A stretch of DNA of 64,000 bases from Bugula neritina (lineage: Eukaryota > Animalia > Bryozoa), in the NCBI GenBank assembly GCA_964035545.1, contig OZ037773.1, forward strand, positions 3,129,751 through 3,193,750. The letters run 5' to 3'. Below are positions 48,134 to 61,820 of the stretch, one piece after another; positions within the stretch are counted from its first letter, which is position 1; every line of letters begins with the position of its first letter. The notes beneath the pieces are model-generated. The model had not been told where the DNA came from, ran no database searches, and saw only the letters and a program-made list of their open reading frames with translations. The position numbers and the translations under genes were made by a program.

Positions 48134-51100
48134 CTATGGCTTCATGTTGACATAAATTGATGTGATTGGTATCTCATAACCATCCTGATCTTCTGAATGG
48201 GAGACTCTAATCTGATTCATGCCATATCTTTGGGAGTTGTCAATACACTCATAGTTATGGTCTGCAGTTCTAGTGACTGACAACTCCTCATATGTAGAGG
48301 GAACTATGGTAGTTGGAGTCTGTGGTGTTTTTCCTTAACAGAAGATTATTAATATATGATGAATATTATAGTTAGTTAGTTGATCATATATATATCACTA
48401 TTAGGAACTAAGTAGAAGCTAAGTAGAAATGGTTGATTGAGTATATAATGTCTCCTAATTGCCAATGAAACACTAAACTAAAATTCAAAAACTTGTGGGT
48501 CTTAGTTCAATTATTGTAAGATAGTTTTATAATAAGCTACTGTATATTAGCATATTTAAACAGTATGACATATATATGCACAAAAGTGTCCATCAGTTTG
48601 AAATATATTGAAGTATTGAATTTAAATTAAGTTTATTGCAAAATTAGAATCCAAGCTGTTGTTATGACTGCATACTGCCAATCACAAGCTGCTGAGCTGT
48701 TTGCTGACTTTAATATAGTTTATTAAAGTATGTGTTTTACAAGTGTACGTAGCATATAACATTTACCTTTTGACTTTCGTATGTAGATGGCAACTGCAAC
48801 TGTAATAGTTATCAACACTCCACTCAGAGTACCAATGATCCCCCCTATTAGACCTCCATTATTCAATAGTTTCTTCGTAGATGTAGCTGGCAGCGTTGTG
48901 GATATTGTGGCAGCATCATCCCATGTTATGTTCCACTTTATGGCAACTGTCTTTGCTGAAACACATTAAAAAATTGAATCCTTGTTTAGAGAAATGTACT
49001 CGAGTACAAGCTTTCATGCAAAATAATTATAAATCACTGTTATAGCTGTTATCCAATTGCAAGAATGTAGTAAATTTATTACAACTAAGGCAATAGCTGA
49101 ACACAAATGATAAATATTTTCTATTAAAGCACATACATAAACCATTTTCAGCTGTACATGAAGCTGTTTCTGTCACACCATTCTTTTGAGAACCCAGAGT
49201 CAGCTCATTAGATGTTTCTGTTGACACAACTCCATTATATGTCCAAGTGAAGGTAGAGGGTGGTGGGTTAGCATCCACATGTTGGCTACACTCTAGTTTA
49301 GCATCAGATTGTTCAGGGTTGAACTCTTTCACAATTGGATCTTGAACACCAGGTTTTGTAGCCAAGTCTACAGAACATAAACATATTATCAGTCTTAAGG
49401 TAAAAAGGTATACCAATGAATTTATAATAATATGTGAATATACATTTCCGTATGCATATGCTTATAACACTCACACTGTGGTGTGATGGTAGCAGTTTGT
49501 ACAGTGTTTCCTCCTCTCCACTTAGAATGTTCTGTATCTGCACAGGATAAAGTTAGTTCAGCTCTGTCTGTCTCAGTAGGAGTATATCTGCCAGCCACAG
49601 TGTTACCATTTACTTCTGAATATTAAAATATATTTGCTCGTGTCAAGCAATGATACTGAAGAACAACAAAGTATCTGCTCCTATGTTCACAAACTTATCA
49701 GTATTACAGCATAACCTCATGAGTTTTATGATCTTATAATCACATTCGCAAGATGACAACATTGCTAAGCAATATATGTTCTACCGTATTAATTAAATTA
49801 TTAAAAAAGTTTGTAAGTTCCAAAGAAGTTAAGTCTAAATTTATAAAAACTCAATTTTATCCTTATAATGACATTCACGTTAAGATTACACAATTAGACA
49901 CAAAATTTTGTAACTTCCCAAGGAGTTGAGTCTATATTTATAAAAATAGCGGCTCTAGAAAGTTAACTTTATTTTTAGATTAAATTGACACCCAAAACTA
50001 TGAACCTAAAAATAATTGTTTTTATTTTTTAAAGTAAAAAGACTGAAAACTAATTACACTCATTTAGTATTATTAGAAAATTGTCTTTCTGTCACAGTCA
50101 CACACAAATGTAATTTTATTTTGAAGTACAGCAAATATCTTCTGCTTTTTACAATGCAAAGAAAACTATATAATTTATAGCTTATAACTAGATAGAAAAT
50201 TATGGAACACTTTTTTCAATTTTATTTATAGTTAAACAGTTCTATAATACTCACTGTATTCATAGACTGACACAGGATCTGCTCCTGTAGAGTTACAATC
50301 AAAACTGAACTCTTCTCTTTCTATGATAGTTGCTGGTTTATTGAGTGATATACCAGTCGGAGCCACTGTTGAATAAAAATGTAAGTAATAATTTAAATTT
50401 AATGCATGCCTCCCGGAAATAAACGAGATATACTCCAAAATCATAGTTTGATGGTTAAAACTATAACAAAAGTCAACGCTGTTAATTTTAATTTTAGCCA
50501 TGGAAAAACATAAACTAGTTATGAAAATGTCATATACATGTAAAGCATTTGTATAAAATACTATAAAGCATAGATATAGTTTTGTTTAGGGCCTAATTAT
50601 ATACTCGGAAAATATTTATGATGCATACGAAATAAGCATCAGTGGGGAGCAGCCGTGGTCTAGGGGTTAAAGGGTTTGCCTAGTAAACACGAAGGTCATG
50701 GGTTCGAGCCCTGACAAAGGCCATTGGTGATGTTAGGAAGAGCATCCAGTCATAATTGCTCCTGTGCCTCATTTAAATAAGTCCTTAGCCCGCTTTAACA
50801 AAAACCCTTTCTATCAGGGGTTTCTCACAGGGATAGCGACTATAATAAACTTGCGTGAGTTTTTTTTATATACCAAATAAGCGTCAGTATTGTCATCAAC
50901 CATCACCTATAATACCATATATGGCAACAGTTGAATTCCACAATAGAAGTAAGCTGCGTTCTACAGAGCTCTACTGAAGTTAGCTAAAGTGACATCAGAA
51001 GACAATCAGTCATCATAATATTGAAACGGAATAATTAATTTTAAGAATTTACCTTTGACTTCCATTGAAACTTCTGAGGAGAGATATTCTCCCACACCTC

Positions 51101-51859
51101 CTCCTTCAAACCCTCTACAGTAGAATTTCCCTCTGAGTGATGAATCAGTTGCAGTGAGTTGTACAGAAAGAGCAAATCCTTCAGGTTTACCAACTGAGTT
51201 ACAGTCTGCATGGTTGACTCCAGGTCCTTCTATTCCAGAGACAGTAGTAATATTTGGTGTTGATACACTAATCCATACTGTGTCATCCTCAGGATTTGGA
51301 ACACATCCACTTTGATAAATTGTACTGTCTCCATCAGCTTCATATCGTAACTGTAAAGTTCTCAGATCAGTATAACCAGATGCTTCACATGTGAAAGTTA
51401 TCTTCTCATCTTTATAGAAATCTGGTGAAGTTGTAGTACTGTAGTCTATCTCTGTAGATGGCTGTGCTGAAGATGCAAGATAATATGTAATACTGCAAGT
51501 TGCACACTACCATTATAATAGTGTGTATACCAATTTATATAACGCCTAAACGAAAAATTAAAGAATATAATAAATGTTGATTACTATAATAATTAATTTA
51601 AGATGCATATATGCAGTCATGAAGTTCATCTCTGTTATAGATTCCTGTGCTGTAAATAAATTATAGACGTCCAGTTTGCACAATACCTTTATCCCTGTAT
51701 ATATGGCTGTACTAGAAAAACCTTATATGGAACATGGAAGCAATATATAATTATTACATTATATAATATAGTTATAAAGCATTATATAGAACAATTGTTA
51801 CCTGCAACGTGGATAGATAAGCAGACCAGACAATACAGGAAGTGGTAGTAGCACATCAT
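48134..51859 (-). CDS. Ig-superfamily-like type I receptor 'D', 447 aa, with an ITAM-like tail
   Basis: Exons 51802-51859, 51053-51466, 50255-50365, 49475-49615, 49137-49367, 48767-48955 and 48134-48333 total 1344 nt, are all GT-AG phase 1 and contain no internal stop. [26 protein letters not shown]; tail [31 protein letters not shown]. Confidence 0.88.
50645..50867 (+). mobile_element. tRNA-derived SINE in an intron of receptor D
   Basis: A box TGGTCTAGGGG, B box GGTTCGAGCCC, T-rich tail, target-site duplication aaataagc(a/g)tcagt; absent from the paralogous intron at ~61030. Confidence 0.85.
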
Positions 51860-52933
51860 CTCACTACAATATAGCATTAGGTTTTTTATTCTTTTTATAT
51901 TTTATAACAGTATTTAATGTTGTATAGAAGTTTAGGTTATTTATACTGATGTATCTAATAAAACTGTGTAAAATTGATTCTATGTTATTATGCTATATTT
52001 TCAGTTTCCGATTGAAATTAGAGTATATTAATTTAAGTACAATCCAAGTCTATTATAGTTTATGGGTAAGTCGCAATACAAATAGGTGCTGTTTAAACCA
52101 AAAATTTCAGAGCAAACGTTACTAATATCCTAAACGCCGTAGCGTAAAAGTCATATGCATAGGTTCTAGCTCTCTAAAGTTTCTCAAAGGTAAACTAATT
52201 CTTATAAATATATCCCTTTCTAGCAGTAAAGACACATGCATTACATGCATGAAATAATTTGTATATGAATGCAGAGAGAATATAACTATGACATCTTCAG
52301 TTTATTTCCACATACACCATTTATCAATATATAACATTTAAGAATTGCCATTATGAATTTTAAGTGTCAACTAAAATGTTTTCTACTAAATAACTGAAAC
52401 CTTTAGCATACAATAATATAGCATTATATAAGCAATAGTCAAAAGCAAGTCCAATATTACTACTCCAGGAACTATACTATAACCTGTACAATGTGGTATA
52501 TTATGTGGTATATATAATATGATTTCATTATCTACAAAAAATTTCGTGTTTTTCTTTGTATTGAATTATCTTACGACTGAATAGTATTCAATGAAGAAAT
52601 CTTAGTCAGTGATACTATGTTAAACTTTTTATGGTGCTTAGGGTATCTAAACAAGAGCCATGTGTAACATTTTTTAAGTAGAAATTTGAGCAATACTCTA
52701 ATAACATGCATATGGAATTATTAGCATGTGCTGCATGTCAGTCAACCTACCTTAGAAACTTTGATTACTCTGTCAGTACTAACCAAGTCTACTAGAAATT
52801 ATATGTATTGCGTTATACTTGCATATTTTTTTCCTAATATTATCTCTGCTCTATAAAATAGTAAAGCTACGGGCTTTATAGATATGATAAAGCAGCATGT
52901 GCTTTTAAATAAAGCTCTGTTGTATACGTATAA

Positions 52934-53172
52934 TACTTGTATAGTACTTGTATAGTGCTTGTAATATGCTTGTATAGTGCTTGTATAGTGCTTGTATAGT
53001 GCTTGTATAGTGCTTGTATAGTGCTTGTATAGTGCTTGTATAGTGCTTGTATAGTGCTTGTATAGTGCTTGTATAGTGCTTGTATAGTGCTTGTATAGTG
53101 CTTGTATAGTGCTTGTATAGTACTTGTATATAGTACTTGTATATAGTACTTGTATATAGTACTTGTATATAG
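52934..53172. repeat. 11-bp minisatellite (tgcttgtatag)n, ~20 copies
   Basis: Direct reading; the paralogous site at ~62950 has a single tacttgtata unit. Confidence 0.93.
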
Positions 53173-54449
53173 TGTTTGATACTTACATAAATTTGCCAGA
53201 TTTGTATTGAACCATGCAGTAACAGTTGGCAGTAAAGAAGTCAGTTTCAGTATAACTAGTCCCTATCAAACCTATCAACTCAATAATAAATTGACACTAA
53301 CTATAATGTCATGGAGAGTTACTACTGAATACTTCCTGGTTCTCATACTAATTCACAATTATAGTTGACAATATAACAGGAAAATCTAATAGCTCTTATC
53401 TTATTAACTAATAAGCTTATTAATGTAGCATATGAAATGAGAATAACTGTTTTGTGGAATACATTACCAGCTGTTATAATGACAGGGTTCATATATTATT
53501 AATATACATTGTATAAGTAATATAGCTATTATAGTAGCAGTTGTAAACTATGCTTCCTTTTCGTTACTGTACACAATCACCATAGGCTTTATATAATAAG
53601 ATTGTATAGTTGTTGCAAACCCTAGTTGTTATTTGAATTAATTTTCCTTACAGTGAAACTAGTATTACACCACATACCACAAGCACCACTTCATATAACA
53701 TGAGCAGAATGCTGTTTTTGGAGTGTCAACATTTGGAAGTTATCTGTTCACTGATGGAAGCAACAAGTATTTTAATATCAGTAAACTAGTTGATATTCTA
53801 AGCTATAATATGATAACTCAATATATCTTGTTTATGTGTTGGCTTCTCCTACTCATTGGATTCACTCTTTGTTTAATATATGAAGCAAAACAATATTATG
53901 GTAAAAAAAGTGCTCATAATCCTATTTATAACAATTAGCTGTCGCATTTAAGTCCTCATATATAGCTATTTATAAATATGATATTATTTAGTTATATTTT
54001 ATTATCGATATACTATATATAACATAAATTCATATAATTTGTACAAAATATCAATGTTCAACATGTCATGTCTAGTATAATAATATGATATATCATGTCA
54101 TTATATAATGTGTTAATACATAACAATATATGACATACAAGTATATAACATACCAGTATAATTATCAACTATTCCTACTATAATAGATAGTATTTTATAC
54201 GAACGTTGTTTCTTGTCAATTCAGTAAAACATACTAAGAAACAAGATTTATTAACCTTGATTACACTATTTTAGTGTCAATTTGCTGACTTTTAACTTAC
54301 ATCACATATTCCAAAGTTTTCTGTGAAACATAATATCTGCTGCTTGGGGCTATAAAAAGAAATTCAATTTTAATAACTCATTTTTAAAGCATAACTCACA
54401 TTCCTATACACTTATGTAGTATAGAGTGAGAACTAGTCTTTACTAAAAC

Positions 54450-54572
54450 ATCATCCAGTCATAATTGCCCCTGTGCCTTATTTAAAAAAAAATCCTTAGC
54501 TTTAACAAAAACCCTTCTACCAGGGGTTTCTCACAGGGATATAATGCCTATAAACTTGAGTGAGTTTTTTTA
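54450..54572 (+). mobile_element. 5'-truncated copy of the SINE
   Basis: catccagtcataattgc...ggggtttctcacagggat...aaacttgagtgagtttttt matches the SINE 3' half. Confidence 0.8.
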
Positions 54573-55695
54573 TATATATGTAAATGAATATGGAGATGGT
54601 GGATATAGTTTTTAAGAGAGGAGAATATGGGGCAGAGATAAATTCTATTTGTCAATTTCAATGACTCATTTTTTAAAGCATAACCCACATTCCTATAAAC
54701 TTATATTATAGTAGAGTGAGAACTAGTCTTTACTAAAACTAAACAATACACTAACACAAGACTATCAATTATGTCTTGAAGTTTTTATTGGCTATAATCA
54801 GTGTGCATTGCTTGTCTATGTTAAGTAATCAATATACATATTGAATACACATACTCAGCTTTCTTGTTGCTTAACTATAGCTAGTATTTGTGAAATTATA
54901 CTAAGAACTATTGTACACTGAGAAAGGAAGCATAACTCCAATAAATATTGCAAAGAATAAGGGGAACAGTCTGTGTAGGGCCTATAGGCATATAACTTGT
55001 AGTCGAGTAAGTTTTTGCAAAAACATTTTCATAAAGTAAAACATTAATGAAAACATATAGTGGTGAATTTTCATGATATAATGAGATATTTAATAAAAGT
55101 ATGCAACATATAAACAGTTAAATTTTTTTGGTGAACAATAATAAAAATAAGAGTAGCTTGATTTTAGATTAATAATAATTGATGCTAGACTCTGCGAGGT
55201 TATTTTAAGAAATGTATTTTTAAAAGCCTTAGTCTAAGCTTTGTAAATGCTTAAGTATGCTTAAATATTTTTAATGAGTAAAAAAGATGCCTTTTATTAT
55301 ACATCATGACAAATCAGTAAGTCCATGGAGCTAGTGTGATAGAGTTACAGTAGGTGATGAAAGATATTATCACTTGTACAAGTTTATGAGGTTCTGCAAT
55401 GAAATATGATTATATAATACTTAAAACTATAATAGAGCATAACTCAAACACAACTGAGTATGTATTGCATTCTGGAGTTTGACTTGAAAAAAGCTGATAA
55501 AGCATCATCTGTTATATAATTATTTCAAAAGTATTATCATATGATTATTATAAATTAAATGAGTTGATTGTCAGATGTCACTTGGTGTAAGAGTGACTTT
55601 GTTTGGATGAGTGATATTATCAGCTGGGAAAATAAATTTAAAATAAAAAAGAGGTACAAGCCTTATATCAGTAACAGTATATAAGTAAATGAATA

Positions 55696-55913
55696 GGGAG
55701 CAGCTGTGGTCTAGGGGTTAGAGCGTTTGCCTTGTGAACCCAAGGTTATGGGGTCGAGCTCGGACAAAGGCCATTGGTGATGTTAGGAAGAGCATCCAGT
55801 CATAATTGCTCCTGTGCCTTATATATTTAAAAAAATCCTTAGCTTTCACAAAAACCCTTTTGTCCTGGGGTTTCTCACAGGGATAATGACTATAAACTTG
55901 CGTGAGTATTTTT
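55696..55913 (+). mobile_element. tRNA-derived SINE, full copy
   Basis: Same family as 50645; flanked by the duplication tataagtaaat(g/a)aata. Confidence 0.85.
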
Positions 55914-56798
55914 ATATATAAGTAAATAAATATGGAGATGGTGGATATAGTTTTGAAGAGAGGAGAATATGGGGCAGAGATAAATTCTATTTGTCATAAA
56001 TAAGTTAAGATTGGGTGCATGATAAACTTTGGGTTTTCGAACTGAAAAGAACTTCTATCAAACTATTATATTCTAATTGGTATTATACTTCTAAAGATTT
56101 TATTACATAACCAACTTTATATATATAATTTAGAAACTATCGGATATCATACAATGAGTCATTACATAGATATAGAATAATAACTACTAAATTATTAGGC
56201 ATTTAATTATCTTAAAACAGTTCTTTTCAGCTGATGATGTCTGTCATGTTTGCTTTCTGAGTATTTCTAAAAAGTGTGTATCCGCAATACAAGTTATTGG
56301 GATAATGTGACAACCTGAATAAAAGCTTAAAATGAGTTCAAAACAAATGCTACAATTGAATAAATACATGGAAAATTTCCTACAAAAGAATCTAATAAAA
56401 GCAAGCTAGCATCGAAGCCAAATTTATACTAAATTTGATTATATCAGTTATATATATATCATTATAATGTATGTGTTACTGTCCTATATAATGTTTATAT
56501 TAACGTACAATAAACAACATATTCAATATACAGCTGCACATGAGTGTAGCAAAATTTGGTAAATTGAAAGTAAAACAGTTTGAAGATATGACATGCCTGC
56601 ATATGTTAGAACTGACTCAACGTTGTTCTGCCTATAATATTTACCAAATATTTAATTTCTTGTTGAATATAAAAGTTCCCATTATTGTTGCCTACAATTC
56701 ATAGTAATAGTATTAAAATATTTCATTGCAGTTAATAAAAATATATTAATGGAAAACATTTATAATAATATAGTGCTGGCTACAGTAATAATGTTTAT

Positions 56799-58035
56799 CT
56801 AGCTTTTGATGTTGACATAAGTTTGTCCAGAGTGTGCCTCATAGTTATCTGTATTATCTGTTTGTCTTTGAGATACATCAAGTGAGTCATAGTTGTGATC
56901 ATCTATTCTAGTGGCACGCATCTCTGTGTATGTGGAGTTATCAGTCTTAGCAGCGGACATATCTGTGTATGGGGAGTTATCAGTCCTAGTGACAGACATA
57001 TCTGTGTATGGGGAGTTATCAGTCCTAGTAGTAGACATCTCTGTGTATGGGGAGTTATCAGTTCTAGTGACAGACATTTCTATGTATGGGGAATTATCAG
57101 TCTTGGTGACAGACAACTCTGTGTACAGGGAGTTATCATTCCTAGTGACAGATAACTCTGTGTATGGGGAGTTGTCAGTCCCAGTTCCAGCCTGTGACCT
57201 AATTCCTTAAAGAAAACAAGACAAGCCAGTTTTATTTTGCAACAACTTTTTGGATTGCGACTTCAAGTGTGATTGTTATATATATAAATATAGTGAAATC
57301 ATTATTTCATTCCACAATTTTATCAACCAATAACACCTTTTAGTTTTCCAAGATGAAATGCTACTCCAGCTGTGATGATAAGTAATAGACAACCACCAGC
57401 TAATCCTCCTCCCAGAGCAGCTTTGTCTATGCTCGCACATGGTGGTCTTTCAGAAAGAGTCGTGATTGGGATTGTGCTTGGTAGAATGATAGAACTATCC
57501 CACTTTATTTTCCATGTAATAATAACCGATTTAGCTGCATAATAAAGAACAATGTTGCTAATAAAGCAGATCTTTCAATAACACTATTAAAAATTTCCGA
57601 TAACAAATAGTCTCTGATCTTCATAATTAATACCATAGTTAAGTTAACTCTCTAATAAACTGAATGACATGATTATTGAAAATAAGGTGCCAAACTTTAA
57701 AGTAAGTGCATGCATTAGTTGTCACCTAGAGTGGTGAAATTTAAATAATTTCTTACATAAACCATTTCCAGCTGCGCATGAAACTGTGTCTGTTAAACCA
57801 TCTGTTTGAGAATTCAGACCCAGCTCATCAGCTGATCCTATGATCAAAGCTTCATTATATGTCCAAGTGAAGGTTGAGAGTGGTGGATTAGCATCTACAT
57901 GTTGACTACACTTTAGTTTAACATCAGATTGACCTGGGTTGTACTCTTTCGTGATTGGATCTTGAACACCTGGTTTTCTAGCCAAATCTGCAGTGCACCA
58001 ATATGAAAATGTTGAAATTAATAAGTATATCAGGC

Positions 58036-58104
<69 letters not shown>

Positions 58105-61100
58105 TGATCTTTAATTTCATTTACTTGTACTAAAAGTGAAGGGTCTATATGACACTCACACTGTGGTGTGATAGTAACATTTCTTTCAGTGTTTCCTCCC
58201 TTCCAGTTAGAATGTTCTCTATCTGTACAGGATAAACTTAGTCTAACTCTGTTTGCCTCAGCAGGAGTATACTTTCCAGCCACTGTGTTCCCATTCACTT
58301 CTGTACATGAATATATATGTTTAAGTCAAACATCAACATTGGTTAGAAGAATATCAAAAAAAAAGTATTTGGTTCTAAGTTTAAAACTTTCTCAACATAA
58401 CGACATAATATGACCCTAATATGTCACTATTATATATAAGCATTTACAAGATGACAACATTGTTCAATAATGCTATATCCTGTATACACCTATTTGTATT
58501 CTCAGCTTTCTGCTACATAAATAAAGAATCTACAATCATGCATTAGTTTTATTCAGTAAGATGGAGTGAGTCGGAAAAAATAAGTATGAATCCTATTTGC
58601 ATATATATAGAACTATACTCACTGTATTCATAGACTGACACAGGATCTGCTCCTGTAGATTTACAATCAAAGGTAAACTCTTCTCCTTCTATGATAGTTT
58701 CTGGTACATTTAGAAATATATCAGTTGGAGCAGCTGTTGAATGAAAATAAGACATGCAAAATATATTTTAAGTTGAGGAGTCAAATAAAGTAAGAGCACT
58801 TGCTAATACTTTAACTTAATGTCTTGGCTTATATGTGATATAGATATGAAAAATGTCAAGTGAGATAGAAGCATTCAAAACATTATACTTTTCTCCTTCT
58901 GTAATAGTTTTTGATTTCCTGAGGTTAATAAGCTGCAACCACAGTTTTAATAGAAACGCATTCATAAACTGAAAATAAACATTCGGTTTACAGAAATATT
59001 TCCAATAAAGTTGTTTTACTCATTAAAGTTCTTAATTTTTAATTAAAATACACAAAAATCTAACTAACATGGCAGCATGCTAAATGCTTAAAAATAAAAC
59101 TTATTTAAACTATTATGGTAGCAATTGGATCCCACAGCATATATAGAGATGAATGACATGTTTTAAAAGCTGAAGTTCATTGAAGTTGCATCTAAAAATT
59201 ATGGTCTGCCAACATAATATTGAAATACAAAGATTCACTTTAAAGAGGTTACCTTTCACTTCCATTGAAACTTTTGAGGAAAGAATTTCTCCCACGCCTC
59301 CTCCTTCGAATCCTCTACAGTAGAACTTCCCTTTGAGTGTTGAATCAGTTATAGTAAGTTGTACAGAAAGAATGAACCTTTCAGGTTTACCAACTGAGTT
59401 ACAGTATGCATCACTGACTCCAGGTCCTTCTATTCCAGAGACAGTAATAATATCTGGAGTTGATGAACCCTCCCACACTGCGTCATACTCAATACTAGCA
59501 GCACATCCACTTCTGTAGATTGTACTGTCTCCATCAGCTTCATAATGTAACCGTAAGGTTATCAGATCAGTATAACCAGATGCTTCACATGTGAAAGTTA
59601 TCTTCTCGTCTTTATAGAAATCTGGTGAGCTTGTAGTACTGTAGTCTATCTCTGTAGATGGCTGTGCTATATATAGATGTATAGTAACAGCCCAGGTTAC
59701 AAAATACATCTAATACTGTGTGCCAATATATATATAGTCAAAAACGTCTGGTTGTAAAAAATTACTTAACGAATAATAACAAAAGTGTATACAAACTGCA
59801 TATACCAAATTTTGAGAATATGAACCAATTGTAAACCAATTGCACTCCATTAAAGGACATGACAGTGAGAATAAAATATTTAACAAGCAGTCTTTACTTA
59901 TTCCTACTTATTCATACTTATTCATATCTTAACTTTTTCATATGAATGTTCATAACACTAACACTGTGGTATAATAGCAGCAGTTCGTTCAGTGTTTCCT
60001 CCCTTCCAGTTAGAATGTTCTGTATCCGAACAGGATAAAGTTAGTCCAGCTCTGTCTGTCTCAGTAGGAGTATACTTACCAGCCACTGTGTTACCATTTA
60101 CTTCTGAATATTAAAACATATCTGTTTTTGCCAAGTTATGATGGTAAAGAACAACAGATGATCTGTTCCTATATGTTTATAAACTTATCAATATTACAAC
60201 ACAACCTCATAATTTTTATTATACTCCTATATATAATCCCATTATAGCAATATGACTTGTAAATTGCTATAAGCAATGCTCTACCAGTTACACAAAATTT
60301 TGAAACTTCTCAAAGAGTTAAGTCTAACTTTGTAAAAATAACAACTCTAAAAACTTAACTCTTTTTTTAGAAGAAGCTGACACCTAAAACTCTAGATTTA
60401 CAAATAACTGTTTTAAATTTATAAAATAAAAAGTATGAAAAATAATTACACTCATGTAGTATTATTAGATAATTGTATTTATATATGTCACAGTCACATA
60501 CAAACGTAATTTATTTCATATTACATGTAGCAAATATTTTATGATTTTTACTATATGCAAAGAAAAGCTATTAATTTATAGTTTACTAGGTAGAAAGTCA
60601 TGGAACACATGTTTGAATTTTAATTAATTAAACACTTCTATATATATACTCACTGTATTCATAGACTGACACAGGATCTGCTCCTGTAGAGTTACAATCA
60701 AAAGTGAATTCTTCTCCTTCTATGATATTTTCTGGTTTATTGAGTGATATACCAGTTGGAGCCACTGTTGAATAAAATCGCAAATATTAATTTAAATTTA
60801 ATGCATGCCTCCCAGAAATTAACGGGATATATAATCCAAAATTTAATTTGAGAGTATAGAACTATATAGCAAAAATCAATGCTGAAATTTTTAATTTCAC
60901 CCATGAAATTACACACATTAATTAGCTATGAAAGTGTCAAATATAGCATTATTATAAAATGCTAAGCAGATAGTTTTGTTTAGGACCTATAATAGTAATA
61001 TACTCGAAAAATATTTATGGTGCATACTGAGTAAATTTTAGTGATGCCATCAACCATCACCTATCATGGCAATAGATGAATAGAAGTTTAATCTGTGTTG

Positions 61101-61820
61101 TATAATATAGAGCTTTACTAAAGTTAGTTACAGTGAAACAAAAAAGACAACCAGTTATGCTATAATAATTTTGAAATAGAATAATTTATTTTTAAGATAT
61201 TACCTTTGACTTCCATTGAAACTTCTGAAGAAAGAATTTCTCCCACACCTCCTTCAAATCCTCTACAGTAGAACTTTCCTTTGAGTGATGAATCAGTTAT
61301 AGTGAGTTGTACAGAAAGAGTGAACCCTTCAGGTTTACCAACTGAGTTACAGTATGCATTACTGACTTCAGGTCCTTCTATTCCAGAGACAGTAATAATA
61401 TCTGGAGATGGTGCACTTTCCCATACTGTGTCATCCTCAGCACTTCTACTACATCCACTTCTGTAGACTGTACTGTCTCTGTCAGCTTCATATCGTAGCT
61501 GTAAGGATCTCAGATTAGTATAACCAGATGCTTCACATGTGAAAATTATCTTCTCATCTTTATAAAAATCTGGTGAAGTTGTAGTACTGTAGTCTATCTC
61601 TGTAGATGGTTGTGCTATAAGAAAAATATATAACATATAAAACTCTAAGATCCCCAATATGTACGTACTTTATGATACTGTGCACCAATATATTTTGCAA
61701 TCCTTAAAGTTCTGTGTATCCAAATTATATATAATATAGTTGAAGCATAAAACAATTGTTACCTGTAGTGTAGATAGATATATAGACCAGACAATACAGG
61801 AAGTGGTAGTAGCACATCAT
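56799..61820 (-). CDS. Ig-superfamily-like type I receptor 'E', 740 aa: SP-V-C2-V-C2-I-TM-tyrosine-repeat tail
   Basis: Exons 61763-61820, 61204-61614, 60654-60764, 59963-60103, 59253-59666, 58623-58733, 58160-58300, 57757-57987, 57337-57534 and 56799-57205 total 2223 nt, are all phase 1 and are open. Confidence 0.85.
56907..57179 (-). repeat. Coding 39-bp minisatellite, 7 copies of TDNSPYT(E/D)(L/M)SVTR
   Basis: Seen directly in the tail exon of receptor E. Confidence 0.93.

Noticed and set aside
50645-50725. tRNA gene (also 55696)
   Set aside because: A and B boxes are present, but there is no acceptor stem or terminator, and the head continues into a shared body with a tail and TSDs, so it is a SINE.
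56895-57210. Plus-strand ORFs antisense to receptor exons (also 28548, 29538, 30522, 35077, 48787, 59333, 61281)
   Set aside because: Shadow ORFs; the splice signals and conserved motifs are on the minus strand.
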